Under the pieces are notes generated by a model. That model had not been told where the DNA came from and made no database searches. It worked only from the letters and a program-made list of their open reading frames with translations. 64,000 nucleotides of DNA from the NCBI RefSeq assembly GCF_018350175.1, contig NC_058383.1, forward strand, positions 15,936,001 to 16,000,000. The letters run 5' to 3'. Numbering within the stretch: the stretch's first letter is position 1; the number at the start of each line of letters is the position of its first letter. Both the position numbers and the translations under genes were made by a program. This DNA is from Felis catus (Eukaryota). Shown here piece after piece: positions 46,761 to 60,788 of this stretch.

Positions 46761-49700
46761 CTTGCATTCTATACTCTTAGCTTCAAGGAATGCTGAGAAA
46801 GCAAGTTCCTTGCAAAAGGGAATGAGGTTGTCTTACTGGCTCTTACGCTAAACTTTAATCATCCTTGTGGATTGGGGCAGGCCCCACATCACTGAGCCTG
46901 TTGTCTTCTGAACAAAATCCAGGTCTACAAGGAAGAAAAGAGGGGAGCAATGGCTGTGGGTTTAGCAGCCACTGATGTCCAGAATATAGGATTACTGTTC
47001 TTTTGAACCAAGATTGCATTGACATCTACCACAAAGCAGGTAGACTCAAAGTCAAAACTCCAGAGTTATGTTCTACATGAGCACTGTGGAACTATGTCTC
47101 CTCCTGTAGTCTGTAATTATTTGAAAAAGTACAAACTAAAATTTTCCCTTGTAGAATTCATCCAAAGTTGGCTTGGTTCTCTGACTCCTGCAAGTTTGAT
47201 CAGGATTTTATCTATTTTTCTCCTCTGAAATCACCAATAAAAATGATGAAGAAAGTAATGCAGATGACTGAAGCCCTATGGCATATAATCTGAGAACTTT
47301 TTCCAGCTTACTTTTTTTAAATGTTTATTTGTTTTTGAGAGAGAGAGAGAGAAAGTTCAAGCAGTAGCAGCAGAGACAGAGGGAGATAGAGAGAATCCCA
47401 AGCAGGTTCTATGCTGTCAGCACAAAGCCCAACACGGGCCTCTATCTCACAAACTGTGAGATCAGTAATGCTGTCATCTGTTCTAGATTTTTCAAATATC
47501 TTACTGAAATCCAGATAGCCTTTGTTAGAGCATTCCCTCACCCAGGTCTAAAAGGGATTAAGAACGTTATCAAAAATTCTGATAAAAAACTTTATCAAAA
47601 AGGGAGATGAAGTTACTTTTATAGGATTTGTATTTAGGTGAAACTATATTGGGTCCCAGTATCTATCAATTCTTTTTCTTTTTTCTTTAAAAAATTATTT
47701 AATGTTTATTTTTGAGAGAGAGAGACAGAGCGCAAGTGGGGGAGGGACAGAGAGAGAGGGAGACACAGAATCTGAAGCAGGCTCCAGGCTCTGGGCTGTC
47801 AGCACAAAGCCCAATGCAGGGCTCAAACTCAAGCTGTGACATCATGACCTGAGCTGAATGCTTAATCGACTGAGCCATCCAGGTTCCCCTATCAATTCTT
47901 TTTCTAAATGCACATTCTCCACTCCTTTTACTCATTCATTCCTTTATTTTTTTAAATAATAGCACTATTGAGTTATAATTCACATGCCATGAGACACACT
48001 TTTAAAGTGTTCAGTTTAATGGCTTTTAGTATGTTGGTAGAGTTGTGCAATAATCACCATAATCAATTTTAGAACATTTCATCACCTCAAAAGGAAGCCC
48101 ACCAGAAACTTTTGTGCTTCAAAGGAAATGAAAAGACATTCATAAATGGGAGAAAATATTTGTAAATCATATACCTGACAAGGGTCTAGTATCCAGAATA
48201 TAAAATGAACTTTTACAATTCAACAATAAGTTGAATTTTATTTTAATTTTATCTATTTGAATTAAAAATGGGCAAAGTATCTGAAGAGATATTTCTCCAA
48301 AGGAGATACAAAAATGGCCAATAAGCACACTAAGCAATATTGAACATCATCAATCATTAGGGAAATACAAATCAAAACCAAAATGAAAGATCACTTCATG
48401 TGCACTAGGATGTGAGTTACTTTTTGTATTTAGTATTAAGGAAAAGGTCCAACTTCATTCTTTCCCATATGGAAATCTATGTGTCTGAGCACCATTTGTT
48501 GAAAAGACAATTCATACCCAATTGAATTATCTTGGTACGCTGGTCAAAAAATAGTTGACCAGGGGTGGCTGGGTGGCTCAGTCAGTTAAACGTCTGATGC
48601 GGGCTATGATCTCACAGTTTGTGGGACTGAACCCCTTGTCAGGCTCTGTGCTGACAGTGTGAAGCCTGCTTGGGATTCTCTCTGCCCTTCCCCCACTCGC
48701 GTGCACTCTCCCTCTCTACCTCAAAAATAAATAAATAAAAACTTAAAGACAGTTGACCAATACAGGGGATGAATTGTATGATATGTGAATTATACCTCAA
48801 AAAAAACTGACACCCCTCCAAAATAATCAACTATTATTTCTAACAAATAAGTATTGTATGGAAACCAATTTGACAATAAATTCATATTAAAAAAAATAAG
48901 TATTTTCTACATGGACCAGATATTGCACTCAATGCTTTAAGTTTATTTAGAGCTTGTGGAACTCATCTTCTTCCCTTTCTCGAAAATTTTCTGTTTCTTC
49001 CAGTCTCACCAGCATCCTGCTATCAGCCACCACATCACCCACAGAAATTCTACAAACTCACCTTGTTCTCAGTAACACCAATCTCTTACCAACTCCTGTT
49101 GCATCTGAATGTGCAAGATTGGGCCTAAAAGCTTAGCCAAATGTTCAGTTTTTCACTTATTTTTGCTCAACTTTCCCTCCCCTCCCCATGGCACCTAGAC
49201 CAAAGCTTTCACACCTTCTTCAACCTCCTAACCTGATCTGAGCATCTCCCCCAAGCCCCTGGAAACCATTAATCTACTTTCTGTCTTTATTGGCTTGTCT
49301 ACTGAATATTTCATATACATGGAATCATATCATATGTGGCTTTTTGCGCCTGTCTTTTTTCACTTAGCATAATGTTTTCAAGGTTCATCCACATTGTAGC
49401 ATCTATCAGAATTTCATTCCTTTTGATGGCTGAATAATACTCAATTTTATGATATACAACATTTTGTTTAACCATTAATGATAAACATATGGGTTGTTTC
49501 CACCCTTTGGCCATTATGAATAGTGCCACTGAGAACATTCATGTACGGGGTATCTGGGTGGCTCAGCCAGTTAAGCATCCAACTTCAGCTCAGGTCATGA
49601 TTACATGGTTTGTGGCTTTGAGCCCCACATTGGACTCTGTGTTAACAGCTCAGAGCCTGCTTCAGATTCTGTGTCTTCCTCTCTCTCTCCCTCCCTCACC

Positions 49701-49914
49701 CCTGCTTAAGTTCTGTCTGTCTCTCAAAAATAAATAAACATTTAAAAAAATTTTTTTTAAAAAGAACATTCATGCACAAGTTTAACAAAAACCTCTTAAT
49801 AACTAAATCCCTCAGTCCTTATCCTACTTGACCTCTCTGAGATTCTAGACAGTGTTGACCATTCCTTCAAGAAATCCCCCCTTTTTAAATTAAATATAAT
49901 ATGTCACAGTTCTG

Positions 49915-52265
49915 AAAGTAATATTAACATATTAAAAGGATTATACACTATGACCAAGAGAGATTTCCCCTAGAAGGCAAGGATGGTTCAACATACAAAA
50001 ATTAATCAGTGTGATATACCACATTAACTGAATGAAGGAAAGAAACCCCATATGATTATTTCAATAGATTCAGAGAAAGCACTTGAAAAAACTCAACAAA
50101 CTAGAAATAGAAGGAAACTAACTCAACATAATACAAGCCATATATGAAAAACCTACAGCAAACATCATATGCAGAGGTAAAAGGATGGAAAGCTTTCCCT
50201 CTAAGATCAGGAGCAAGAAAAGGATGCCCACTTCTTCAACAGAATCCTAGAAGTCCTAACTAGAGTCATCAGGCAGGAAAAAGAAATAAAGAGCTTCCAA
50301 ATTGGAAAAGAAGACATAAAATTATTTCTATTCACAGACAATATTGCCATATACGCAGAAGATCCTAAAGATTTCATTAAAAAACTATTAGAACTTGGGG
50401 TGCCTGGGTGGCTTAGTCGGTTAAGCGTCCGACTTTGGCTCAGGTCATGATCTCATGGTCCATGAGTTCGAGCCCCGTGTCGGGCTCTGTGCTGACAGCT
50501 CAGAACCTGGAGCCTGCTTCAGATTCTGTGTCTACCTCTCTCTCTGACCCTCCCCCATTCATGCTCTGTCTCTCTCTGTCTCAAAAATAAATAAACATTA
50601 AAAAAAATTTAAAAAAAACTATTAGAACTAATAAATGCAGGAAATTAGCAAGATATGAGGTAACACACAAATACCAACTGCAGTCCTACACACTAACACT
50701 GAACCATCCAAAAAATAAATTAAGAAAATTATATTTACAACAGCATCAAAAAGAATAAAATACATATGAATTAACTTAACCAAAGAGGTGAAAGATTTGT
50801 ACAATTATAACTACAAAACACTGCTGAAAGAAATTGAAGAAGACATTATAAAATGGAATGACATCCCAAGTTCATGGACACTTAGTGATCTACATGTTTA
50901 ATGCAATTTTTAAGTCAAAATCCAAATCGTGTTTTTAGAAAAATAGAAAAACTCATCCTAAAATGCGTATGGAATCATAAGAGGCCCCAAATAACCAAGA
51001 CAATTGTGGGGGGGAAAAGTTGGGGTCTCATATTTCCTGATTTCAAAACCTACAGCAAAGCTATAGTAGTCAAACCAGTGTGAGGACGCCTGGGTGGCTC
51101 AGTCAGTTAAGCATCCAACTTCAGCTCATGATCTCACCATTGTGGGTTCAAGACCCATGTTGGGCTCTGTGCTGACAGCTTGAAGCCTGGATCCTGCTTC
51201 AGATTCTATGTCTCCCTGTCTCTCTGCTCCTCCCCTGCTCATACTCTCTCAAAAATAAAAAAAAAAATAAAAAAAAAAAAAAAACAGTGTGATACTGGCA
51301 TAAAGACAGACATATAGAGTAACAGAACAGAGTTCAGAAACAAACTCTCACATATATGGCCCAACGATTTTCATAAAGGTGCCAAAACCATTCAGTGGGG
51401 AAAGATAGTCTTCACCAAATGGTGCTGAGAAAACTGAATATCCATGTGCAAAAGAATGAAATTGGACCCTTACTGAATACCATGTACAGAATGAACTAAA
51501 ATGGATCTATGACCTAAATATAAGACCCAGAACCCTTGGAAGAAAACACAGGGTAAAAGCTACAGGACATTGGATTTGGCAATGATTTCTTGGATGTGAT
51601 GCCAAAGGGAAAAAAATAGATTGACTTAATAAAAATTTAAGAATTTTGTGCACCAAAAGACACTAGCAACAGAGTAAAAAGCAACCCACAGAATGGGAGA
51701 AAAGATTTGCAAATCATGTATCTGTTAAGAAAATAATATCCAGAGGCTATAGTTAACTCCAATTCAACCACAAGAAAACAAACAGCCTGATTCAAAAATG
51801 GGCAAAGTCCTTGAACAGACATTTATCCAAGTAAGATATACAAATGGCCAATAAGCACATAAAAACATGTTTAGTATCACTAATCAATAGGGAAATGCAA
51901 ATCAAAACTACAATGAGGTGGGGGGCACTTGGGTGGCTCAATCTATTAAGCATCCGACTCTGGATTTCAGCTCAAGTCATGGTCTCACAGTTTGTGAGAT
52001 CAAGCCCATGTTGGGCTCTGTGCTGAACTTTCTTGGGATTCTCTCTCTCCCTCTCTTTCTGCCCCTCCCCAACTCGTGTGCATGTCCATGCACATGTGCT
52101 CTTCCTCTCTATCTCTCAAAAATAAATAAATAATCATTTAAAAAAACCTACAATTGGATATCACCTCACACCCAGTAGGATGGCTACTATCAAAACCTAT
52201 AAAATAGCTAGCATTGACAATAATGTGGAAAAGTTGAAGGCACTTCGGTACTGTTGGTGGGAATG
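49915..52265 (+). mobile_element. L1 ORF2 (RT to C-terminus) fragment with SINE insertions
   Basis: caaggatggttcaacata, taagatcaggagcaag, gtgatactggcataaagacagaca, aatggccaataagcacat. Confidence 0.85.
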
Positions 52266-52477
52266 TAGAAGGACATTAGTCACTGCATTTAGGGCCCATC
52301 CTAATCCAATATGACCTCATTTTAACTAATTATATCTGCAAAGACCCTGTGTCCAAATAGAGCCATTCCTATGGGTTAAATTGTGTCACCCCCAAAAAAA
52401 TTGAGGAGAAAAATCATTGAAGCAAAAAGTTGATTCTTTGAAAAGATCGACAATATTGATACACTTTCAGCAAGACT

Positions 52478-52824
52478 ATCCTAGTCTGGTCAGGTTGTTA
52501 GAACAAAACACCACAGAGTGGATAGCTTATATAAAACAAGTCTGTTTCTCATAGCTCTGAAGATTGGATGTTCAAGATCAGGGTGCCAGCATGGTCAGAT
52601 GAGGGCCCTCTTCTGGGTCACAGGTTTTTCATTGTATCCTTGAATGGTAGAAGGGGTGAGGTTGCTTTCTGAAGCCTCTTATATAAGGGCTCTAATCTCA
52701 TGAATAAAGACTCTGCCCTCATGACCTAATCACCCCCAAAGGCCCCACCTCCTAATACCATCACATTGAGCATTAGGATTTACCATATGAATTTTGAGGG
52801 AACACAAATCTTTAGACCATGGCA
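52478..52824 (-). mobile_element. MaLR (MLT1A/MST-like) LTR inside L1
   Basis: tcaagatcagggtgccagcatggtcag...atgacctaatcacccccaaaggccccacctcctaataccatcac. Confidence 0.75.
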
Positions 52825-53525
52825 TAGACTTACACAGAAAAACAAGATATAAGTAACTAAGATCAGAAGTGAAAATGGGAACATTATTACTAAGCTTACA
52901 GAGATAAAAAGGATTATAAGAGAATACTATAAACAGTTGTGCACCAACAAATTAAATAACCTAGAAGACATGGGCAAATTCCTTGAAACATGCAAATGAC
53001 CTGAAGTGACTCAAGAAGAAATGGGAAATCTGAACACACCTATAGCAAAAGATTGAATCAGTAACCAAAAAGCTCCCAACAATGAAAAGTCCAGCACCAG
53101 ATGGCTTCACAGGTGAATTCTACCAAATATTTAAAGAATTAACACCAATCTTTCTCAAATTCTTCCAAAAAATTGAAGAGGAGGAGACAGTTCCTAACTT
53201 ACCCCATGAGGTCAGCATTACCCTGATGAAGACATCACAAGAAAAGAAGATTACAGATCAATGTCCCTTATGAATATAGATGCAAAGATTCTTGACAAGA
53301 TATTAGCAAATTGAATCCAACAACACATTAAGAGAATTATTCACCACGACCAAGTAAGATTTAGCCCAGAAATGCAAGGGTGTGATTCATCGTAAGAAAA
53401 TCAATCAATGTGATACATCACATTAATAGAATGAAGACAAAAGCATATGATCATCTTAATTGGAGCAGAAAAGGCATTTTGACAATATCCAACATTGTTT
53501 TATGATAAAAACTCTCAGAAAAATT

Positions 53526-53624
53526 ATGTTTGCTTTGACAAGTAAAATTGGAATGATATAGGGAAGCTAAACATGGCCCCTGTGCAAGGATGGCATGCAA
53601 ATTTGTGAAGCGTTCCATATTTTT
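53526..53624 (+). pseudogene. U6 snRNA retrocopy (5' part of a U6-L1 chimera)
   Basis: atgtttgctttgaca..taaaattggaatgatatagggaagctaaacatggcccctgtgcaaggatggcatgcaaatttgtgaagcgttccatattttt aligns end to end with U6 with CpG decay. The ACAGAGA box is mutated and no U6 promoter is visible upstream. Confidence 0.92.
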
Positions 53625-53662
53625 GTCAACTATACTTTGATTTAAAAAAAAAACAAAACTCT

Positions 53663-54007
53663 TGGGACACCTGGGTGGCTCAGTCGGTTAAGTGTCCAAC
53701 TTCAGCTCAGGTCATGATCTCATGGTTTGTGGGTTCAAGCCCCGCATTGGGCTGTGTGCTGACAGCTCAGAGCCTGGAGCCTGCTTCAGATTGCGTTTCC
53801 CTCTCTCTCTGCCCTCCCCTGTTTGCACTCTGTCTCTCTCTCTCTCAAAAATAAATAAACATTAAAAAAAAAAAAAACACCTCTCAGGTGGGGCGCCTGG
53901 GTGGCTCAGTCAGTTGAGTGTTCGACTCTTGATTTCTGGTCATGATCCCAGGTTCTGGGATTGAGCCCGGCATCAGGCTCTGTGCTGAGTGTGGAGCCTG
54001 CCTGAGA

Positions 54008-54060
<53 letters not shown>

Positions 54061-54160
54061 CCTTTGTCTCTATCTCTTCCCCTTGGCTCCTCCCCTGCTC
54101 ACGTGTGCACACGTGCAAACTCCCTCTCTCTCAAATCAAATTATAAATAAATAAATAAAT
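53663..54160 (+). mobile_element. Two tandem CAN-SINEs directly behind the U6-L1 chimera
   Basis: SINEC heads at about 53663 and 53889. Confidence 0.85.
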
Positions 54161-54792
54161 AACTCAAAAGTAGGAATAAAGGGAAATTTCCTAAACATAA
54201 TAAAAGTCATGTATTTATTTATACAATTATGATAATCTTTTTTATCGGTATCATAATACATTGGATTATTAATAATTAGGGCGTTCTGCATATACAATAT
54301 CTCATTATGGACAAGAAAATTTTAATGTTGATTATTTGCTAGATAAAGGGCATTTATGAAAAACCCACAGTAAACATCATATTCACAGACTGAAAGCCTT
54401 TCCCTTAAGATAAGGAACAAGACAAGGATGCCTGCTTTCACTGCTGCTATTCAATATTGTAGCCAGTGCAATTAGACAAGAGAAAGAAATAAAAGACCTC
54501 CAAACTGGAAAGAGATAAAACTATGTCTGTTCATGGATGGCAGGATTCTGTATTTAGAAAATCCCAAAGAATCCACAAGAAAGCTGCTAGAGTGATAGTG
54601 TGTTACACCAACCCTAGAAAACTAATACAGTCATATTCTGAAGTTCTGGGTGAATATGAATTTGAAGTGGGGAGAGGCACATTCAACCCACTACACTGGG
54701 CTTTCAGATTCCTTTACTGACATTTATTCTTCTATTCCTTTTTTTTTTTAAGTTTGTTTGTTTATTTATTTAAAGAGAGTGAGCGGGGGAGG

Positions 54793-54839
<47 letters not shown>

Positions 54840-56790
54840 CCAAGCAGGCTCCTCACTGTCAGTGCAGAGCCCAATGTGGGGCTCGATCAAAACAATGAAT
54901 GAGATCATGATATGAGCCAAAACCAGAAATCTGATGCTTAATTGGCTGAGCCACCCAGGTGCCCCTATTCTTCCATTTCTAATCTGAAGATCACTTTCCC
55001 AGACAGCTGAGGTGGAAATAAGACAAGCTGCAGGCAGCCAGTCACTATGTTCTTGTTCCAAACACAACTTCAAAGCCTCTTATGATCACGTTAGCCTGTT
55101 TTTGTGTTTCCCCCTCTTGTCTTCTTATTGTAAACCAGGTCTCCACAGGGCACTGGACCTGTTTGCCTTGTTTTCTGTTTCCCATCTGCTCCAGTTCAGC
55201 CAGAACGACTCCCCCTCCCCCACTCATTTGACATTACCCGGTAGAATTTGGATTTTGAGGTTTCCAGAGCCACCCTCCTTAGAGCATCTACTGAACTCCG
55301 TGAGTTCAGCCGCTCACTTCTGGATCATGTCTTAGAGTTGTATGCTTCCTGCCCAATATTCGAGACTAGGGATTGTCATTTTTGCTAAGGAAAGGGACTG
55401 TTGTGGGAGCAGGGACCTGGTTGATCTTCCCTAAAGGTGAAATCAGAAGGAGTGGATCAGTTTGACAAGCTCCCTCCTCAGGGTCAGGACCCAAGCAGAG
55501 CTTTCATTCGCTGCCTTAGCTGATGCCTGTCCTGTGGCTGACCTTGAAGAATGCCCTCTGCACCCTGAAGTACCCTATGGCTCCCCGAGCCAGGCTTGAG
55601 AGCTGGGCTGGGCTGTTGGCAACTGCTTCATCTTCAGTCCTTGCTCTGATAAATCCTCCCTCCTCCAGACAACGGGACATTCATCTCTTTTCTCTACTCT
55701 TACCCCTTTGAAAGTCCATCTCTGGGATGTCCTCAAGCATCCTTCCTATCGGCAGAGCAGCTCTGCAGTCTGGAAATGGGAGAGGAGGCAGCCCTGACCC
55801 TTCTCCCAGACGTTTGCTCCTCAAAGGTGAACTCAGACCCCACAGCAGGCAGAGCCTGGAGATCAAGGGCCTGGATAGCGAGAACTTCAATACAAGTTCA
55901 AAACCTCCTGACTCTCTGGGTTGTTATTTTTTCCTCCTCTTCCTTTTGTTTCCCCTGGAGTGAACTCTTAAAGAAAAAACAAAACAAAACAAAAACCGCC
56001 TCTGGGCATTTTTTTTAGGGAAGGGAGAAGAAAATGTGATTCCATATTTTCCGTAATGTTCTGCTAATCTTGAAAAAAATGTATAAAGTGACAGACCTAA
56101 AAACACTGATTTCGTATTCTCAATTCACAAAGCAGGATTATAATATAGACACATTTATTTTCAAACATTAAGAGGCAAAAGCCCAGGGGTGCCTGGGTGG
56201 CTCAGTTGGTTAAGCATCCGACTTTGGCTCAGGTCATGATCTCACAGTTCGTGAGTTCAAGCCCCACACTGGGCTCTCTGTTGTCTGGGTATACCTGCTT
56301 CCGATCCTCTGTCCTTGTCTCTCTGCCCCTCACCCACTGTCTCTCTCTAAAAAATAAATAAATATTTTTTTTAAAAGATGCAAAAGACCACATATTATAT
56401 AATTCAACTTACATAAAACATTTGGAATAGACAAATCTATACAAAATCTAGACAAAAAATAGATTAACGGTTGCTTAGGACTGGATGGGAGGGATAGAAG
56501 GATAGAAAGCAAAGAGCACAGAGTTTCCTTTTGAGGTGATGAAAATGTTCCCAACTTGATTGCAATGATGGTCACATACATCTGTGAATATACTGAAAAT
56601 TATTGCATTGTATACTGTAAATGAATGAATTATGTGGTGTTTGAATTCTATTTCAATAAAGCTGTTAAAAAAAAATAAACATCAGGGGGTGCATGGGTAG
56701 TTCAGTTAAGCATCTGACTCTTGATTTCAGCTCAGGTCATGATCTCACGGTTCATGAGATCAAGCTCCACACTGGGCTCTGTGCTGATAG

Positions 56791-57430
56791 CTCTCTTTGC
56801 TGAATCCACTGCAAGAATGGGGACCATTTATCACTAGCCAGACTGTCCACATTCCAGAAATGTTATCACTCTGAAAGACCAGGTATTGTGAAAGCCCAGA
56901 GGAATCCTGTGGAGGGACCTCATCACTTTAGAAATCAGCCTCCTTGGAAAGAAAAGCAAGAGATTCTGGGTTGACAAAGAGAAACTGGTGACAGTTCACA
57001 CAGTCTGTAGTCAAATATAGCACATGATCAAGGGTGTTCCACTGGGTTTCCATTAGGAGGAGGTCTGTGTGTGCTCACTTCCCCCATTTATATCTGTATT
57101 CAGGAGGGTGGGTCTCTTGTTGAAATCTTACTTTTCGTGAATGAAAAAAATCAAACTGCTGGGTAAGTGAGGCCCGGTATTACTTGTTCAGTATCTCAAG
57201 CCCAGAAAGTTACTGGCATTGAACTTGTACCAAACTCAGCTTCTTTGATTCAGCAAGCTACAGCAGTTAATCACAGGCTATCAGAAAAATTTTAGATGTT
57301 ATCTGTCTCTTAGAAAGGAACTGATTGGTGGGCTGATGAAAAGATCTGAGGTCATTCAGCTACAGAGGCAAGAAGTTGCCAAATGAGTCCCAGGACCTAT
57401 CTGAGATAATGTTTAAATGCAATAAAATTT
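56791..57430 (+). pseudogene. RPL9: RPL9 processed pseudogene, copy 2 (more decayed)
   Basis: 5'UTR-like ctctttgctg...gagaATG pattern (ATG at 56817), then RPL9-like blocks attccagaaa, ccttggaaagaaaa, atgatcaagggtgtt, gctcacttcccc, tctcttgttgaaat, cagtatctcaagcccagaaag, gctgatgaa. AATAAA at 57421. Colinear with copy 1. Confidence 0.82.
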
Positions 57431-59582
57431 ATCTATTGGGGAGCAAAATAGGAAGTCTCAGACTTGTGCTCTGATCAGCTGAGTATCCTGTGACTTGCTT
57501 ATTAAATTCAAAGCTGTGACCATACAATCTTTGCAGGGACATTTTGTGTTGCTGCACTCGACCACGAAGGGAAAGCATTAGTATTTTCCGTCTTAGACAT
57601 CAGAAAGTCCTTTCGATGTAGGGTAATTTGGGAAAAGGAGTGAATGTGCCATCAACAATGGTAAATGTAGTTTGGGGTGTATTACCTTGAGTAAGTCATT
57701 TTACCTCTCTGAGCCTTAATTTCCTCATCCGTGATAGAGACAGAATAGTCATTTTATAGTCTTTCAGAGCCATAAGGATCCCTTAGCAGAATGCCTGCTC
57801 ACAGGATTTCTATCGTTATTGTCATCAAGTGATAGGAATCCAGTGGGCACCCACACACACCTCATCTTTGCCCCAGTGATGCTCTGTAGGCTCTCACTTG
57901 GGGGTCAGGGACCATGTGATGGTAGTCATGGGACAAGGAAGAGGGTCAGCTGCCAGAAAGTCACAGTCTGGCGAAAGCCAGACAGCCAGGACTCTAGTGC
58001 TGTCCCCTCAGTACAAATGTGCTGACAGCTGCCATCCCAGGAAGAAGGAAAAGGGAGAGGAAACGAAAGACTTGGCATCTGAACCACGCTTAGAAAGATG
58101 ACCCGGAGATCAGCCCAAACAGTGCTACAGCCTCCAAGACAAGCCTGGGAAAGTATTTCTGGGCCCAAGAGGCAGGTACATAAGCAGAAGTGTGCTGAGG
58201 GATGGGAGAAATACCCAGAAAAGTAGCTTAAGACAGACCTACAGTCAAGTAGCAAAATGACTCCATGTTTCAGATACAAAATACCGGTGAATAAAGCACA
58301 AAAAGAAACAGACCCGGAAAGATCTAGTCAAGATTAAAGTAAGCGAGGCCTCTTTGTGAACCAGACACAAGCAGAAGTGGTGAATAGGGAGCCACAGGGA
58401 CCTGCCCTGGGTCAAGGGCAGAACTGGTGGCCGAGCACTTCCCTTCTGTGGGGCAGCAGGAAATGAAAGCACCCATGTGTACCAGCCCCATGGAGGGCCC
58501 TCAGGATGCCCAGTAAAGGGGAAGATGAGCAGACCCACCAGGCCGCCAGGCCACATCTCTATTCCTAGAACGCAGCTGGGCAGTCTTGCATGTGAGCACA
58601 GGATCAAGAACCGCCTGAGGAATGGACAGCGTGGAGTTGGTTGTGAAAGTGCGAAATGGAAACAGCCTAATTGCTGCATAGGAAAAGGGCAGGGGCGCCT
58701 GGGTGGCTCAGTGGGTTAAGTGTCTGACTCTTGGTTTCTGCTCAGGTCATGATCTCGAGGTTCGTGGGACCGGACCCCTGGATGGACTCTGCACTGACAA
58801 TGCAGGGTCCTGCTTAGGAGCCTGCTCTCCTCACTCTGCCCCTCCCCGGCTCATGGTCTCTGTCTCTCTCAAAATAAACAAACCTTGAAAAAAAAAAAAA
58901 AAAAAGGAAAAGGGCAAAATCAGTGGTGGTGTATTCACACAGTGGAATCTTCTCCAGCAATTAAAATGGGTGAACTAGAGCTATGTGTATCAGTGTGGAC
59001 AGTTTGGGCCAAAGCAAGTGATGTGGCTATGAGTGGTCCTGGGGGTGGGAAAGTAAACCCATCCCCCCAGGGAAGGATGCTGCTGTCAACGAATGGTTAT
59101 TCAGTCTACCACAGGTATTCAGAGAAAGAGAGGAGCAAGGTCACTTCAGACTACGACCAGTGTCAGGGATAAATCAGGGAGATGTGAGAAGGTGACTGGA
59201 CAGGGTGCTAATTTATATTAGGTGTGTCAGAGAAGAACCTGCCCCTTATTTCTCTTGTTTAAAATTATCTTCTGGGGGTGACTAACTGGCTCAGTCAGTT
59301 AAATGTCTGACTTTTGATTTCGGCTCAGGTCATGATCTCACGGTTTATGGGTTCAAACCCCTAGTCAGGCTTTGCACTGGCAGTGCAGAGCCTGCTTGGG
59401 ATTCTCTCTCTCTCTCCCTCTTTCTCTGCCCCCTCTTCTCTCTCCACCCCCAAAATAAATAAATAAACATTAACTTCGATTTCCAAACTGTTCACTGGCA
59501 GTTGAGGGGCTACATCATCTGGTGGCCAATTCAGACAAGTTCTCTGACAAATATTTGGAGGAAAGCCTCAGAAATAAGAGCA

Positions 59583-59825
59583 GGGGGGCGCCTGGGTGGC
59601 GCAGTCGGTTAAGCGTCCGACTTCAGCCAGGTCACGATCTCACGGTTTGTGAGTTCGAGCCCCGCGTCAGGCTCTGGGCTGATGGCTCAGAGCCTGGAGC
59701 CTGTTTCCGATTCTGTGTCTCCCTCTCTCTCTGCCCCTCCCCCGTTCATGCTCTGTCTCTCTCTGTCCCAAAAATAAATAAATGTTGAAAAAAAAATTAT
59801 AAAAAAAAAAAGAAAAAAAAAAAGA
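59583..59825 (+). mobile_element. Young CAN-SINE (SINEC_Fc-like)
   Basis: TSD AGAAATAAGAGCAGG. Confidence 0.9.
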
Positions 59826-60788
59826 AATAAGAGCAGGAACTAGAAACCAGTGCCCAAGAGAGCTGAAACTCAGTAACTTGCCTACATTTGTTAGTTAGGC
59901 TAACGTTCTCCTTCTGGCAGATGAGTCCTTAGAGTAGAAAGAGTTTGTGCACCTGTATTTGGGAACATCAAAGAGGGAGCTGGTCTCATTCCCAGATCAG
60001 GTTTAGGGGCTGGGGAGAAGAAGATTTCGAGGGTGAGGTGGGTGGGGGCAGCAAGTGAGGAAGACAAATGGGAAGGCCAGGTAGAGATGCTCCAAAAGAA
60101 CAGCTATGGAGTGGCAGGTGACCCCAGGAAGAGGCAGAGCATTGGTGGAAGAATGGCTTCCAGAAAGAATGAGATGAGGACTGCTAGATCCAGAAAAATG
60201 GGGCGGGCAGAAGAGATGGCTCTTCAGTGTGGTAAAGGAGTTTATAGTGAATGGGGATGGTGAAGGTAGGAGGAGATTGTGTTCTGGATGGAACCTCAGA
60301 GGCAGTGGGGTTTCAGAAATAAAGAGTCTAGAGTGTGGTCCAGTATATGAGCAAAGGACTAAAGTCAAGTAGATCACAGAACTGAGCCCCAGGATGGGGA
60401 GGCTACTCACAGGGACAAGAAGTAGGATGGAGAAGGGGCTGAGCCACGGGCCGAATTGCACAGTGAGTTTGTGTGTGCAGGGAGAGTCTTGGAGACCAAA
60501 GGGGTGTGAGGATACAGCTGTCTGAATGGAGTATTAAAGAATGAGAGGGGCGCCTGGGTGGCTCAGTCGGTTAAGTGTCCAACTTCAGCTTAGGTCATGA
60601 TCTCACGGTTCGTGGGTTCGAGTCCCACATTGGGCTCTGTGCTGACAGCTCAGAGCCTGGAGCCTGCTTCAGATTCTGTCTCTCTCTCTCTCTGCCCCTC
60701 CCCTGCTCACACTCTGTCTTGCTCTCTCTTTCAAAAATAAATTTTAAAAACCCCACAAAGACAAAAAACAAACAAAAAAAATGAGAAT

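Larger units (their letters stand above)
52405..54590 (+). mobile_element. Second L1 ORF2 fragment, host to a MaLR LTR, the U6 chimera and SINEs
   Basis: Translates in part to KSPAPDGFTGEFYQIFKE, a typical L1 ORF2p motif. Confidence 0.85.

Noticed and set aside
53526..53624. Functional U6 gene
   Set aside because: ACAGAGA box mutated, internal deletion, no PSE/TATA upstream, and followed by an L1 stub and poly(A).
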